NCBI GenBank assembly: GCA_036172245.1
Contig: JAYWIR010000045.1
Coordinates: 496,001-560,000 of the forward strand
DNA: 64,000 nucleotides
Direction: 5' to 3'
Source: Raillietiella orientalis
Taxonomy: Eukaryota
In this document: one piece after another, positions 26,180-38,700 of the stretch
Numbering within the stretch: position 1 is the stretch's first letter
Layout of the letters: each line of letters starts with the position of its first letter
Notes under the pieces: generated by a model
Told to the model about the DNA's origin: nothing
The model's database searches: none
Seen by the model: only the letters and a program-made list of their open reading frames with translations
Position numbers and translations under genes: made by a program

Positions 26180-26426
26180 GGGTTTGGCCCGTAGTGCGCA
26201 CGCCAAGATGGTTGTCTGTAGAGAAGTGCCCGTAGCCAGGAAGGCGACCAGCTGCATCAGGTTCTATCCCGGGCTGCTTGCACGTTTATTCTCCTGGAGA
26301 AGGCCTCTTCTGTATGTTTCGGGTCAGCCTGGTCTTTGCTCGAACCGTGAGAAGCGGCATTTGGGCGCGAGTGGGGTATCCGCAGGAGGCACAGGGTTCC
26401 CCTTCGGGATTGTGCAGGTCTCCTGA
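26180..26426 (+). mobile_element. Possible L1/Tx1 ORF1 remnant
   Basis: LLYVSGQPGLCSNREKRH resembles the ORF1 motif YxGQPxxCxxCxxxGH with a decayed second Cys (CGT). Confidence 0.3.
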
Positions 26427-29400
26427 CTCAAGCGGGACACCCGGGCAGCGTCGCATCGCCCGTCCTACACAGCTGACCGAGGGAGAAACTCGGCGCGACC
26501 CTCTCTCTCCCCCCTCCCCCCTGGAAAGTTCCAGACTCTGGAAAAATTTCGTCCGAGTTGTTTTCTGCTCCTCTTCCCGCGCCGCTAGTCGGCGGCACCA
26601 CCAGGAGAACAGCTTGGCGGAGGAAAGGATCGCTAGGGACGCTTGGCCTCCTGAAGCAGGTCATCGCGTCCTCAGCGCGATCTTCTGTCCCGACGGTAGT
26701 TCCCATGAGCGATTACGGCTTGCATCACCCGGGAGGAATCACCTCGAAAGAACAGTCTGTTTCGCTCTCAGTGCAATCAGGCGCGACCGCTCCCGCGCGC
26801 CGCCCGCACAAGAGCGGAGCCGTCTCGGCCCGCTCGCTCGTATGGCGGGAGTCCCCTCTCGTGAATTGAGCAACCCGTTGAAAAGGGAAGGAGGGGGGGG
26901 GGGGAGCCGAGATTCATCCCGCACCTCTCGGCTAGGAAGATGGCGGAGGAGGAACGAATCGGGAAACCTCCATCGAAAACGAGATCCCCCCGCGCCCCAC
27001 CTATGGGAACCGCCGCCTACCACGCCTCAATACTCAAGAAAGGAGGGGCAGAGTAGAGCGGAAAAGGGGGGAAAGAAAGGGGGGGAAGGAAAGTTCCCTA
27101 AAAGGAATGGAACCAGAGGATTCGCCAGTTGATTAGCAACATCTGAAACGCGAGTGAAAGCGGAGGACCGAGGGATTCTCGTCTCCCACACAGAGTCACC
27201 CGGGTAACAAGAGAAAAGAAGGCGAGCCCGGAATCGGTTGGCACCGACCAATCGGGGCAGGGCGGAATGTCACGACGGTGGGCGTTGGAGTGCCAACGCC
27301 CGCAGTCGTGCAAAAGCGGTGGTGCGCTTTGTCTCAGCCAGGAAACTCTTCCATCGCACGGAGAGGGGCTTCATCCGCACAGACAAGATCCTTCTCTTTC
27401 CTGGAGAAGAGCGAGCGGCAAGCGTGCGAAAACTTAAAGGATCTTTTGCTTTCTCTAATTTGCCCCTGCTTCCTCTCTGGAGAGCCACGAATCGCCTTCC
27501 GAGGAGGGGGGGGATGGAAGGCCGACGATGCACGGCACGAGAGCTCGGATTATCTCGCTCGGAGGAGATTTTCGCCTCGCGACTGAAGATAATCGGACGG
27601 CGAACGGTCTGTAGACCCGCCACCCGAATGCCTTCGTCGAACTCTCTTCCGTCTCACCCTCTCCATGCGCCTCCCCCCACCCCCCACCCCCTCGAGCATT
27701 CGCCTCGCGGAAACGCAAACGAAGTTCGAAACGAAACTCATCAGCCATCAGTCAGTGAGCACTCGTAAGTTCAGGTGTGATTCAGAAAACAAGATTTGGC
27801 TCCCCTCCAGGCGATAAGCCACCTCCTGGAGCAGCCACTGGCCTGTCCAGCTTCGCTGTTGTCGTAAACCCGCTCGTGCCAGGATGTTTATTCTGTGTAA
27901 ATAAACACGCATTCGCGCGCCCTACAGGCATAATTCGGGGAATGCCGACACACAGGTCGGAAGCTAGAAGAACGCACGCAGTATAAGCGGGATGAGACGG
28001 GCAGTAGAGGGAAATACGTGTATGTGTATATGCACGTATATGTGCATTTGTATGTGTACGTGCGCGCGATATGGGTAAACACCAGACGCAAACGCTTATC
28101 GTCTCCGGGAAGGATGGAGGAAGAGGAAAGGAAGAGAGGGTCAATCGGGTTTCTGCTCCTTCCCACCATCCGGACGAGTGCCCTCCTTGATCCAGGAAGG
28201 GAGGCGAGGCCACCTTGCCGCCCATCGCATTCTGGGTAGAATCAAGTGGCGACTGGCCGTCCTCCAATGCTGCCTCCGCCACCGCGTGGCGATCCGCGAA
28301 TGCTTCACGGAGGCATCGCAGATCGCTGGCGGTCGAGAGTCCTTGCGGCATGAAGAACCTGCAGGATGGAGAGTCCTCGGAGTGCGAGAGGGCAGCTACC
28401 ACCCGTTGCATCCATCTCAGAGGAACCATCGCATTCCGTCTCGAGCTCCGCACCCGACACTCCTGGGGAGGTGCTCCCTCGCGTCCAGAGCTGCCGGCCT
28501 CGGTCGCACAGGAGGTTCCAGTGCAAGGAGGGATGCTGCCACCGGAAAGAAGGCACGGAAGCTTCCTGAAGAATCGCAGAGACCACTGGTGGTTACTCCA
28601 GGAGGATGTCAGGACTCCTGTTGCGCAGCAAGAAACCATCCATCTAGCCGGGTGGTTGCGCTCTTTAAAAGAAATGGAACAGAAGTGCACCTAGGAGGGT
28701 CATGGTGGCGCGTACCACTTCTCGGAATCCTGTCGCACACAGACCTGTAGGTGTTGCATGGACGGAGGAGTTCCGGGCTTGGCGGAGAAACGCGTGTCCA
28801 TGCATCCACGGTCCCCTGCCTCGACGCGTTACTATTCAGCTGACTGTAAGGGATCCATGTGCGATCCCGCGGAAGGAGGGGACAAGCCCTTTAAAATGAA
28901 TCAAAAATCCCACTACCTATTGTTGTTTTGGGAAAGGGAAATGTTATTCTCCCGCAGCTTACCACATGCTGAAGAATGTTGCGTGCTGGGGTGAAGCAGC
29001 GCTGGCTCCCAAGACGGGAGCCATCAGCAGCCATCGTGTTTTTTTTTTTCTTCTTTAAGACGTGGTAGGACCAAGAATTCTGCTACAAGAAAAGTTTAAA
29101 TTTATTGTTTTTATAATAAATACCCCGGCGAATCTGGGTGGAAAACCTCCCCAGTCCTGGAGCGGGCAATCGCCTCCTATTGTCGCCTGTGTGCAACCTC
29201 GTGAAACACCAACGGTGGTTACTCCATCGAGACGAGGAAACAAGAACGATGGCTGGCGCCCTGTACTTCTTCGACCTCCGGCAAGAGATCTGTCAGATCC
29301 CCAGAGAGGATGGAGCAGACATTGAGCGGGACACGGTAGCAATGCTACGCTAGAAGTTTGGCTCCAAGCACTTTTGTGGAGTGGCATTTTCAGCAAGACG

Positions 29401-31704
29401 CTAGGTCGCAGGGGTGGTCATTGATCATTCGCTTTGACGGGGATGGTTAAGTGGGTCGTCATGGGCCATGTGGGTGCGCGCTCGGCTGCTTAGAGGATAT
29501 CCTAACCGGTATGCCCAGTAGATGCCCCAGTTATGTGGGAAGATGGGAAATACCATCATCTTGTTGAGCCGGGCCTTCTTGGAATTTCCAGCTCTTCCAG
29601 AGCATGGCCGTCTCTCGTATCCTGCGGTCTCAGTGAGCCGACGACGATAACGCTTGGGTTCCTTTAGTCTCGTTTCGTAACTCGGATTCAAGGCAATTCA
29701 TCATCTGCAACGCTCATAAATGGGGTGAGGAGATGACATGTGTTCTCACACGCCGTCACTGAGGGTGTAGCCTTCGGGGAGAGAGGAGTTGCTCATCACA
29801 AACGGTGATCCAGCCGACGCATCCAATATGCACCTCTCCGAGATTTACTTGTTGTTCAATTAACATTTCTGATGTGAGGTCTCCGCTTGAGGTAAGAGAT
29901 GGGTGGTGCAAGAAAAGCTCCGTCTCCACCATCTGTTCTGCCTGGCTGCTTAGCTCAAATCCTCTTCTAGATGAACCCGTTCTTTCGGAAGAATTCATTA
30001 AAAGGATGAGATCAAGTAGTGGGCAACTTATTCTGTGCATCTCTGGAATATGGGGTGCTAACGTCTTCCTTGTGTTGTCAGTTGTTGTTGTTGTTCTGGG
30101 ACCTTCAGCAGCGTTAGCACGCCATCGTTCGCCGGGTGCCATAGCTCCAAGGATCCTACGACGACTGCCCCACCTCCGCCGAGACTCGGAATCAAGGTGA
30201 AGTGGAGGACCAATCCAGGATATTTGCACTTCTTCCTCTGTCTCGCGTTTTGTTTGACCTTGGAGGAGCACTTGTGTCATCCTACAGAGTCCATTATAAT
30301 GAGCAGTCCTTCAGCTTAGACTGGAGTTAATTTTTCCTTCTGGGATGGGCTGGTGGGCTGGCTGGAAGGTACCGGTTTCCACTGTATATGGGTGGCCCTC
30401 TTGATTCGTTCCGTGACATTTTGGTTGAGTCACCCTTGCGTCTTCCAGAGCTCCTGCAAATCTGGTGGAGTCCATCTCTGCAGTGTAATGCTTTGGAAAG
30501 ACAGGAGGTTCGGTCAAACCGGTCATGCATGAGTAACTTGACTGAACCCTGTGGTTCTCTTCGTGAACCCAAGGTATTTTCCGTTGCATAAGAAGTGCTT
30601 GAGGGGTTCCCACGCAAATCATGGTCTTCATCCCCAATCCCGGTACTTCAGAGTTGGCGATTTCCATGCCTTCTTGCGCTGCATCGTTTGTGGGCCTGGT
30701 ACGATCCTATTCCTCATCTGAGGCATTGATAGCAGAGTTACCGAACGCGAGCTTCGGCCTTATATCTTGAAGATCCATTCGGTCTTAAGATTCATCTTCC
30801 CATGGTGTGCGGCTCGGTCCACAAAGGATTTTCAGCACCTTCGGCGCCTCGTTGTTGCTATTGTTAATCCCAGACTCCCAGGGAATTTCACGAAGGACTC
30901 TCACACCGAAGTAGACACTCTTTTGTGGAACATCTGCAGCTCCCGGATATGAAACTCTCCCTTCTCTGCCCTATGTCTTCCAGAGCTATTGCGGAACCAC
31001 TAAGAGATCAAGAGGTCTAGGAGGATGAATCCTACCCTTTCACCCTTCTCTCAAAGAAACAAACTGCAGCACCTAGATGTGGCTTGGCCAATTGAACTGC
31101 GGCTCTTGGATTTCTCGTGATCGAGTGTGTTCGTCCGGAGACCCCTTTCAGAAGAAGCGACTGTTTGCTTGCCGATTTCATCGATTGAGCTCGTTAATGA
31201 AAGAAGAGTTCATTAATGGTCATTTCGTCCGGTGATCAAATGGAACTCCTTCATCGCAACCCCCCTCTCTTTCCCTCTCTCTGCGCATCCAGTAGCAACG
31301 TGCTCTCTCGTAGCTTCAGGATCGCATCCCGTTCGCTCGAGAACCCCCAACCCACCCAGCCAACTAACCAAAAAAAAAAAAAAAGAAACTTTGGCCTTCT
31401 GGGTTTCGCCCTTCTTTCCTGAAGAGTAGATGGGTTGAGATCACTCTTGCCTGTTGGAGGATGCTGGGATCCAGGGGACTGGCCTTGTCGTCAGGAAGTC
31501 TCGCGAAGCCACCACGAATGAAAGAAAATGGAGTGCTGAGACAAAGAGAAAGACGCGAATAGGCAGGAAGCTGCAATCTTAGCATCCGGATCCGTGTATC
31601 CGAAATTTTGATTCCCCCCCCCCCCTTCCCTCGATCTTTGGGGCTACGCGTTTCCCTGCCCAGAAAAACACCTTCATGATTAGTTAGATACGCTGCACCT
31701 CTGC

Positions 31705-31759
31705 AGGAAAAAAGGAAGAGAAGAGGAAGAGGAGGAGCAGAGAGAGAGAGAGAGAGAGA
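31705..31759. repeat. Polypurine tract ending in (AG)n
   Basis: GA-rich run with pure (AG)n at 31739-31759. Confidence 0.9.
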
Positions 31760-33810
31760 TGAAGTGACGAAGAATCAAGAACGGAAAACACGACCCGCAT
31801 CCGGATACATAAGAGCAAAGGTTTCTTATATGCGGACGGTAGTCTGATAAGCAGGGGCGATAAGAGAGTCCGCTCCGCAGCTGCCGCCGCTCACGATGGT
31901 GCCGCAAGAACGAAGTAATCCCTCCGGAATGATCCAGCGGTCGCACTGCATTCAGTCCGATGTTTCGTCCGGAGGAGGGAGCTGTTGCAACGAGGACTCC
32001 CTTCTCCGAGCTTCTATCTTTTGGTCCATCCGGAATCGACTCTTCCGCAATCGCCACCGTGCGATCTTCGCCTTGCCCGGAGAAGGGCACGACGGGAATC
32101 TCGGAGGCGAGCACGGCGCTCAGGAGAGAGAGAAGTTCTCAAGGTCCTCGGGAGGCTGCACTGCCTCCAGCTGTGGGTGAGGCGAGTCAACTGCTCAACA
32201 AGACTCAACTCCGATCAGGGGAAGCTCCGTCGCTGTGGGATGGAGAGAAGCACTTGTCAGCTAACTGCAAACCCTGCCTTGCCTCCCTTTAGAGTCCACA
32301 TACGTAGGTCCCTCTCGACCGTTCCCTTGGAAACGTGAAGGAAGCAACTCAGCATCCGCCGACATTCCCGGCTGCGACTTTGAACGCCTTGAGTTCTCAG
32401 GGAAGCCATTGGGAACCCCTTCCAGCTGTTCCGGAGGAAAAAGGAAGTCAACGCGAAGTCGGCCTCCAGGTCTCCGACAGCCGAGAAAAGCGCCAGTCGC
32501 TCAGTTCCGGAGACCTGGAACTCGATTGCAGGAAAACCGGAAGCGCAGAAACCGGATTCGCTTGCTCCTCGTCCTCCAGGGCGGGTCCGTGGAAATCATC
32601 GCTGGGTGCATGCGGCGGAAGGAGAGAGCCATCTGAGAGGCGCCCAAAGTGTCTACAGCACCCGGGTTTTCCAGGAGGTCAAAAAAGCATCCAGCGGAAG
32701 CACGAGTGAACGAAGTCGGTCTCGGGAGGCGGTCAAGACTGAAACTCCCACGTGCATTCCGAGGATCGGCTCGGATCGGGGGTAGTTTCAAGGAACCTCC
32801 CTCTCTTCGGCTGCATCCGAACACGTGGGTGTTCCGCGCGGGATGCAGCACACGTCAGCGCCACACTGTACCTTGATAATTCTTCTTACATTTCTTTTTC
32901 TTTCTTTTTTCCTCTCTTTCCCTCCTGTGGGCTCGCTTGCTCCCCTCCTCCTCCTCGCTCCTCTGACACGTTATTGAAAGATGCCTTGAAATTCAGGCCC
33001 CATTTCACAAACTTCCGCTCTGCCCTCTGCGTCATTTCCCGATTCGCACCTTTCAGCAGCTCTGGGATTGGCTTCCGCTGTTCAACGAAAACGCAGTAGA
33101 CGACGTGCCCAACGTCCTGTGGAAGAGCAGCTCACGGTTGCTGCAAAGGGTTGTCACTGCTTTCATGCAGGGGCGGGCGCAGCATTCATATGTGCTGCTC
33201 GTTCTCCTACTCATCCGGAATTTTCATCCCTGCCCGACCAAGCAGACGCAGCTCTGTTGTCCCTTACAGGTGAAAGGGCCCGCGTGTGTTGCTCCGCGCG
33301 TTGAGAACTCGAATCCCACCCGGGGAGGGATCGACGCCGAGAACGGAGGCTGCATCGTAGGTTTCGAGTCCCCTTACCCGGGGGATGACGCTGATTGGGC
33401 CATGGGTTTCGAGCGTGGCACTGGTTGACACCTAGTCACTCCGGAAAGTTTATTTATAAAATAAACACACACGTCTGTGGCAGGACGTTCGATCCTGCCA
33501 CGTTACTTATAACTACGAGGAGGAACCTGCCGGGAACTGGCACGCTAACCAGCAGGCTTCGCCTCGGCAGCACAAGGGAAAGAGAGACAAACAGAAAGAA
33601 AAAAATAAAACGAAAAACGCAGTCAAAGAATGGGGAAGGGGGGGTTCGGAAAGGGATCACTGTGTGCTGGAAGGTGCCCTCTGCACTTTGTAAGGATGCC
33701 GACAAGTTCCTGTTTCATGACTGCTAGATGGGGACATCTTGACGCTATCCTCATGAAGAGGACAGCAAAATAGATGGTGTCCCTGTCATTCTGGCCTCCT
33801 CTAGCGTTGC

Positions 33811-33865
33811 TCTATGCAGCCACGGCCCCGCCGCGTAAACAGCGGCGGGACCGTGGCTGCGTAGA
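33811..33865. other. 24-bp stem hairpin
   Basis: 33811-33834 pairs with 33842-33865 (one U-G, one C-A mismatch); 7-nt loop GTAAACA. Confidence 0.85.
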
Positions 33866-33879
33866 CAGAGGAGTCCTTT

Positions 33880-34058
33880 AAGGGTTCTCCTCAGAGGAGG
33901 AAACAGGGAGCAGTTTCCTTGTGGGTTCCCTCCGTAGAAGAAATAATGAAGCGGCCCCCTCTTGGGGGTCCCTCCAGAGAGAATGGGAAGAAGTGATTCC
34001 TTTCAGAGTTTCCTCCTAAGCGTAAGAGGAACGGACTTCTTCCTTCAGAGCCTTCCAG
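33880..34058 (+). repeat. Dispersed repeat family copy D
   Basis: TCAGAGGAGGAAACAGGGAGC..TTCCTTGTGGGTTCC...GTCCCTCCAGAGAGAATG is the inverted homologue of about 19265-19435. Confidence 0.85.
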
Positions 34059-35284
34059 GCGAAAAGGGATCGAAGCAAGAGGGTGGAACCACATGCCATA
34101 TGGCGATTGCATGGAGCTCGTCGCCTCGTCCCACGGGAATCCTCGCTCCGGACATTTGATTCGGAGCAAAGAGTCGCAAGCTTTGCGTCCCCCCTTCTGC
34201 TTCCGTCAGCTTTCCCCAGGCAAGGATTTCCCTCGCAACCCTTCCGGCACCGCAGAGCAGATCCTGGATGTACTGCTCCCGGCATCCAGCTACCTCGCGC
34301 TACGCAGCACCGCGGTTGTGTGCATCTCACAACCCCTGGACCCAGCAGGCGAAGCAACACGAAGGATAAGCATCTTCTTTTCCCAACGCCGTCCACTGGT
34401 CGCCGTCTCTCACTGTCTTTGATCTCACTGGCGACCACCGACTGGATCGCCAAGCTTCTTTCTCGTATTTCGCATCTGACGTACTGAGAGGTGAGGTGAT
34501 AGCCAAGTGAGGGAGCAGGGCTGCTACCACCTTCTTCACCTGTCTCTTCTGTTGAACTCATCCTGAAGAGGAGCAGAATGCAAACCATTTCTTTCCTGTT
34601 CCTCCTGATTCATGGGAAGTTTTTTCGCCTTTTTGATTCCAAGATCCCAGAGATCGTGCAACAGTTGCTCTCACAATACGGGCTCCGCTTTAGAGGCGAA
34701 GTGCCCTCAGTACTTGCTCTCCTTCTCTGTCTTGCTTTGTCGAATGTTACTGATGAGCACTCATGAGGTCAACAGACGCGTCCAGTGTGATGACCCTCTT
34801 TTAGCCCTTCAGCAAGCACTACTCGAGCTTCAGATTTGTTCTCGGGATAGTCTGGTTGGCAGCACCCAGCTCCCAGTGTCTCGAGGTAGAGGTTGTCTCG
34901 AGGTGACCTAGAGCACCAGCTCGTCATGCCCCCGGAAATGAGAACCGTCGACTGCTCCGGAACCAACGCTCGCGGATTCACTGATGCCCGCGGTGAAGAT
35001 TGCTCTCTGCATCCCAAACAGAATCGAGCGCATCAGCAGCAGCGCGCTTTCCTCGCGCGCTCGCACGAGATGCACCTTCCCAGAAGCCCTTCACCAGCCT
35101 ATCTTCACGTAGCGCTGAACTTCACTGACCAGTGGAATGCTGCGTGCAAGCGATGATGTTCCACACAATCCTCGGTGGTCGAGATGTGGGCACTGAGTCT
35201 ATCTTCACGTTCTCCGTTTGCCGGCTGAGGGTCTTCAGGTTGCCTGGTCGTTTGGAAGTTTCTTCTGGGTCGCATGATCTCAAG

Positions 35285-35700
35285 CACCAGACAAAGGTCA
35301 CTCGTGCTGCAGGCGCAGATGAACCCCCGGGGGTGAAGTTGACTGCCGGTCTATGACATTCTTTTTCTCCCCGTCGTCTCGACTCGTCCCGTCCGCACTT
35401 CGATCCGTCGAGTTTCCCAAGGAAAGGACGGCGCCCAGTGTGGAATCCACTCGTCCTCCGCTTTGAAGAACCCTGACTGTTTTCGGAAACATTCATCGCC
35501 TGCATGCACATCTCCGATTCATCTACAGTCATCTACTAGCTGCTGGATGCTCTCTCGTAATCAGGTAGTCACCTCCCACGCACCTGTACAGATCAGGAGA
35601 TCCCAGTTTTCCCCAAATTTCCTCCTTCTCCCCTTCGTTACAGGACCAAGTGGAAACTCTATCATTCCTTAAAAGAGTCCTCAGGGCATCTGAATTCTAC
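35285..35700 (-). mobile_element. Possible L1-type AP endonuclease remnant
   Basis: Minus strand reads CNEGEKEEIWGKLG....CVGGDY (cf. ERxxFWxxL...GGDFN) and later TSDLCLVLEI (cf. SDH motif); heavily degenerate. Confidence 0.35.
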
Positions 35701-38700
35701 TTTTTGGTTCTTCCAGTATCTCTCATGTACTGTCTTCGCTATTCACCCCTTTCCTTCATCTGCATCCACTCCTCCGGTCCCCCGATCCCCCATCTCCAGT
35801 AATCTTCCGAGTGATCAGCAGTGGATGTCTGGAAGTGAGGGAAGCATAGCGGATGCCATGGAGCCACCTTTTCCCGCCACATCCACCTTTCCTTGATCCT
35901 TCTCGGAGATGGGAATTGCAACATCCTCTCCCACTTTTTCTGGAACCTGGGGTTGAGTACGATCCCCACCTAAGAGAACAAGGCGGTGCCTGTCCTTTCG
36001 ACCCCTTGTCGACAGTGCCTGCTAGGGCGGCGTCACTGTTTCCGCGCTCTTCAAAGTAGACGGCCTACGACCTCAGTGTCTCTGCCTGTCGACTACTGGG
36101 CTTGTCTTTTCAGCAGGGGGCAGACGGGGAGAGCTGCCGCGTGTAGGTCAGCAGTAGTGGATCGTTTGACTGCGCTGCCACGCAACAGGGGTAGAAATGC
36201 TGATTCCTTCCTCTTGAGAAGACTACTGGGCGCGCACCTGCCTCGATCGGTTGTTCCCCCACGACTGGAAATGAAGCACTGTTTGAGCACCGCTCTCCAT
36301 TGCCTCGAGGGTTTTTCCAGGGGTCCAGCCAATGGGAGCGGAGGAACGATCCTATCCTGTCCGCACACTCCCGTGAGCATGGTGACACTGATGGGCTGAC
36401 TCCATGCCATCTTCTTCCATGGAGCTCGGAAGTACAGACGTCGCCAGATTTGTAAGGTCGGGTTCCCCATAACGTGTTTCAGTCCCCGGTGGGCAGCACG
36501 GTGCAGGCCCGCGTTGCGATTCGCTCGCTCTGAACTCTCCGGATCCGCCGACATCTCTGAGTCCAATGCTAGAAGAAATGCACCAGCACAGAGAAGAGAG
36601 AGAGAAGTTCTAGAGATTGGACGATGAAAAGCCTGCTTCGACGAGACCAAACGTTTTGCTCTTCAGTTGGTCAAGCTGCATGGAGTTATGCGTCAAGATT
36701 CCCTAATATGTGTCCTCCAAAGGAGCCGCTCTCGGTCGCCATGACAGCTGGCTCACAAGGGTTGACTTCCCTCCTGATCTGCAACCATCCAAGACTACCC
36801 CGATGTGGGCATCAGCTTCGGTAGATGGTTGCCTTGGCGCAGAACACACATGGATCTCCTGTCCGCCCACCAGCTGTAGTGCCTGAAAACAGGAAGGAGC
36901 TCAGACATTGAAGATTAACGTCACGAGCTTTGAGGAAACACAGCGTCCGCGGTACTCCATTCATGCTCGCTGCTCGTTAAAGATTTTGGAATGCCCTGGG
37001 AAAACCAAGTCTGGCTCAAACAACATTAATTGCTACGGCGCTGACGGAAGAACCAGGACAGTGACCAGGCGTCCTGCAAAATCGCAGGAAGGAAGACACT
37101 TGGGTTGTTGGAAGGGGCGTCAACTAACTGATGCTTCCACCCCGCTGTCCATTCCAAGGAAATTCTTCAATAAGAGGATCTCCTGGGAATCCCGTGGAAT
37201 GAATTGGAGATCCCCGCTGTATTTTAAGCAGTTCCGTGCTTCCCCTGGAGTGGCAGGATTCGGCGCTGCCACTACTGCATTGGGCCATCCCATGCAACAC
37301 ACGCCTCCACCACTGGACCAGGGGAGGTGCGGTCACGGACTGTGCCAGGTGCGGGTGCAAGGGAACCTTTCCCTCATCTGCTTTTCGAGTGCATTGCCCT
37401 CCAGAGTGTTCGGGAATGTCTGCCTACGTCCCTGGACTCACCGAGAGATGATGAGAGACTCGTGCTGAGACCTCTTCGCTCGCGGCGGAATGTCGCTTGC
37501 GGCGTCGATCGCAGCTCCGTGCTGCTTGCGCGGTGTCGCGACGGCGAAAAGCTACGATGATGGTGAGGACCAGACGACCAGAGATGCCATCCCGATCATG
37601 ATCTCTTGGGAGATCACCATAAGATGGCCTCATCTCCAGCACCACGAGGAGGAAATTGCCGGCATGCTGGATAGGACTCTGAGGGCACCAGTGAGGATTC
37701 TGTGATCCTTTCCTTGCCCTTCGATATTCTGAACATTTTTTTCGTGTTATCCATGTTTTATTCAGTCCCTCCTCATTTATTTCCTCTGTTCAGACCTCTC
37801 GAGGTCTGCTTGCAATCAAGAATCCTTTCCGGGACGTTAACCGACGCAGTGGGATTGCAGGTCCACTACAGAGGGAAAAAAATTTTTTTTTCCATTTATT
37901 CCAACTCAATTCATCTGGATACTCACTTCACCACCCATGTTCCCCTTGATCTTTCGTTTGGATTAGGAATACGCCTGACCTTTCCTGATTTAATTTGTGT
38001 TTATTTTAGATGAATGGTCCAGTTTGTCTGGACGTGAAAGCACACGCAAAGCTGACCTGCGTCCTAGAGCAGAGGTTCTTCCAGAGAAAGGTCTTCTGCA
38101 GACTTCAGATCTAGCCCCAGGACGGCAATTCAGCATCTAAGGGAAATCTTTTTTCTCTCCATTCAAGGGCTGCAGGTGGACAGATTCTCCTCAGCACATC
38201 TGCGAGACTCGAAGACTTCGTTTCTCTGGTGTCCTTTCACTTCCAGAATCCGACATTTGTTATTCCACACATGCCGATCCCACATCCAACTGGAAGAACT
38301 GTAATGTGGAGAAAGCTCTGGCTGCTGCCTCTCATCTTTGAATCCTTCAGGTATCGTTTGCTCGACGGAGAAGGAAGCGCAATGTCCATCTGCACGTTCA
38401 ATTTCCATTGCCGGATCCCTGAGACAACTGAGATATACTCATTGCTTTAACTGGAAATTTTTCCAGAGCTGCGCCTTCCTTGGAAGAAAACGGTGCTGAA
38501 AATCAAAGCAGGTCAAATCAGCAGGATGGATTTCGCTTCTTCTTGATCGTTCTGTACCCGTGAGACATGACAGCATTTCGTTCGTGATTGCTAGCTATCA
38601 GCAAGGACAGTTTTTTGACGTTCTTCTGGGAAGAGTGTTAATCAAATCGAAAGTCGCGATTCTTCGAAGGGTTTCAGAGATCAAGTGGACCCTCTGCACT

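Noticed and set aside
26278..28750. Long ORFs 26278-27132 (+), 27782-28690 (-) and 28178-28750 (+)
   Set aside because: No recognisable domain, they run through simple repeats, and their composition fits GC-rich shadow frames.
30570..30660. Chromodomain-like KYRDWG..FAWEPLKHF on the minus strand
   Set aside because: Short, contains stops, and I could not identify an integrase upstream.
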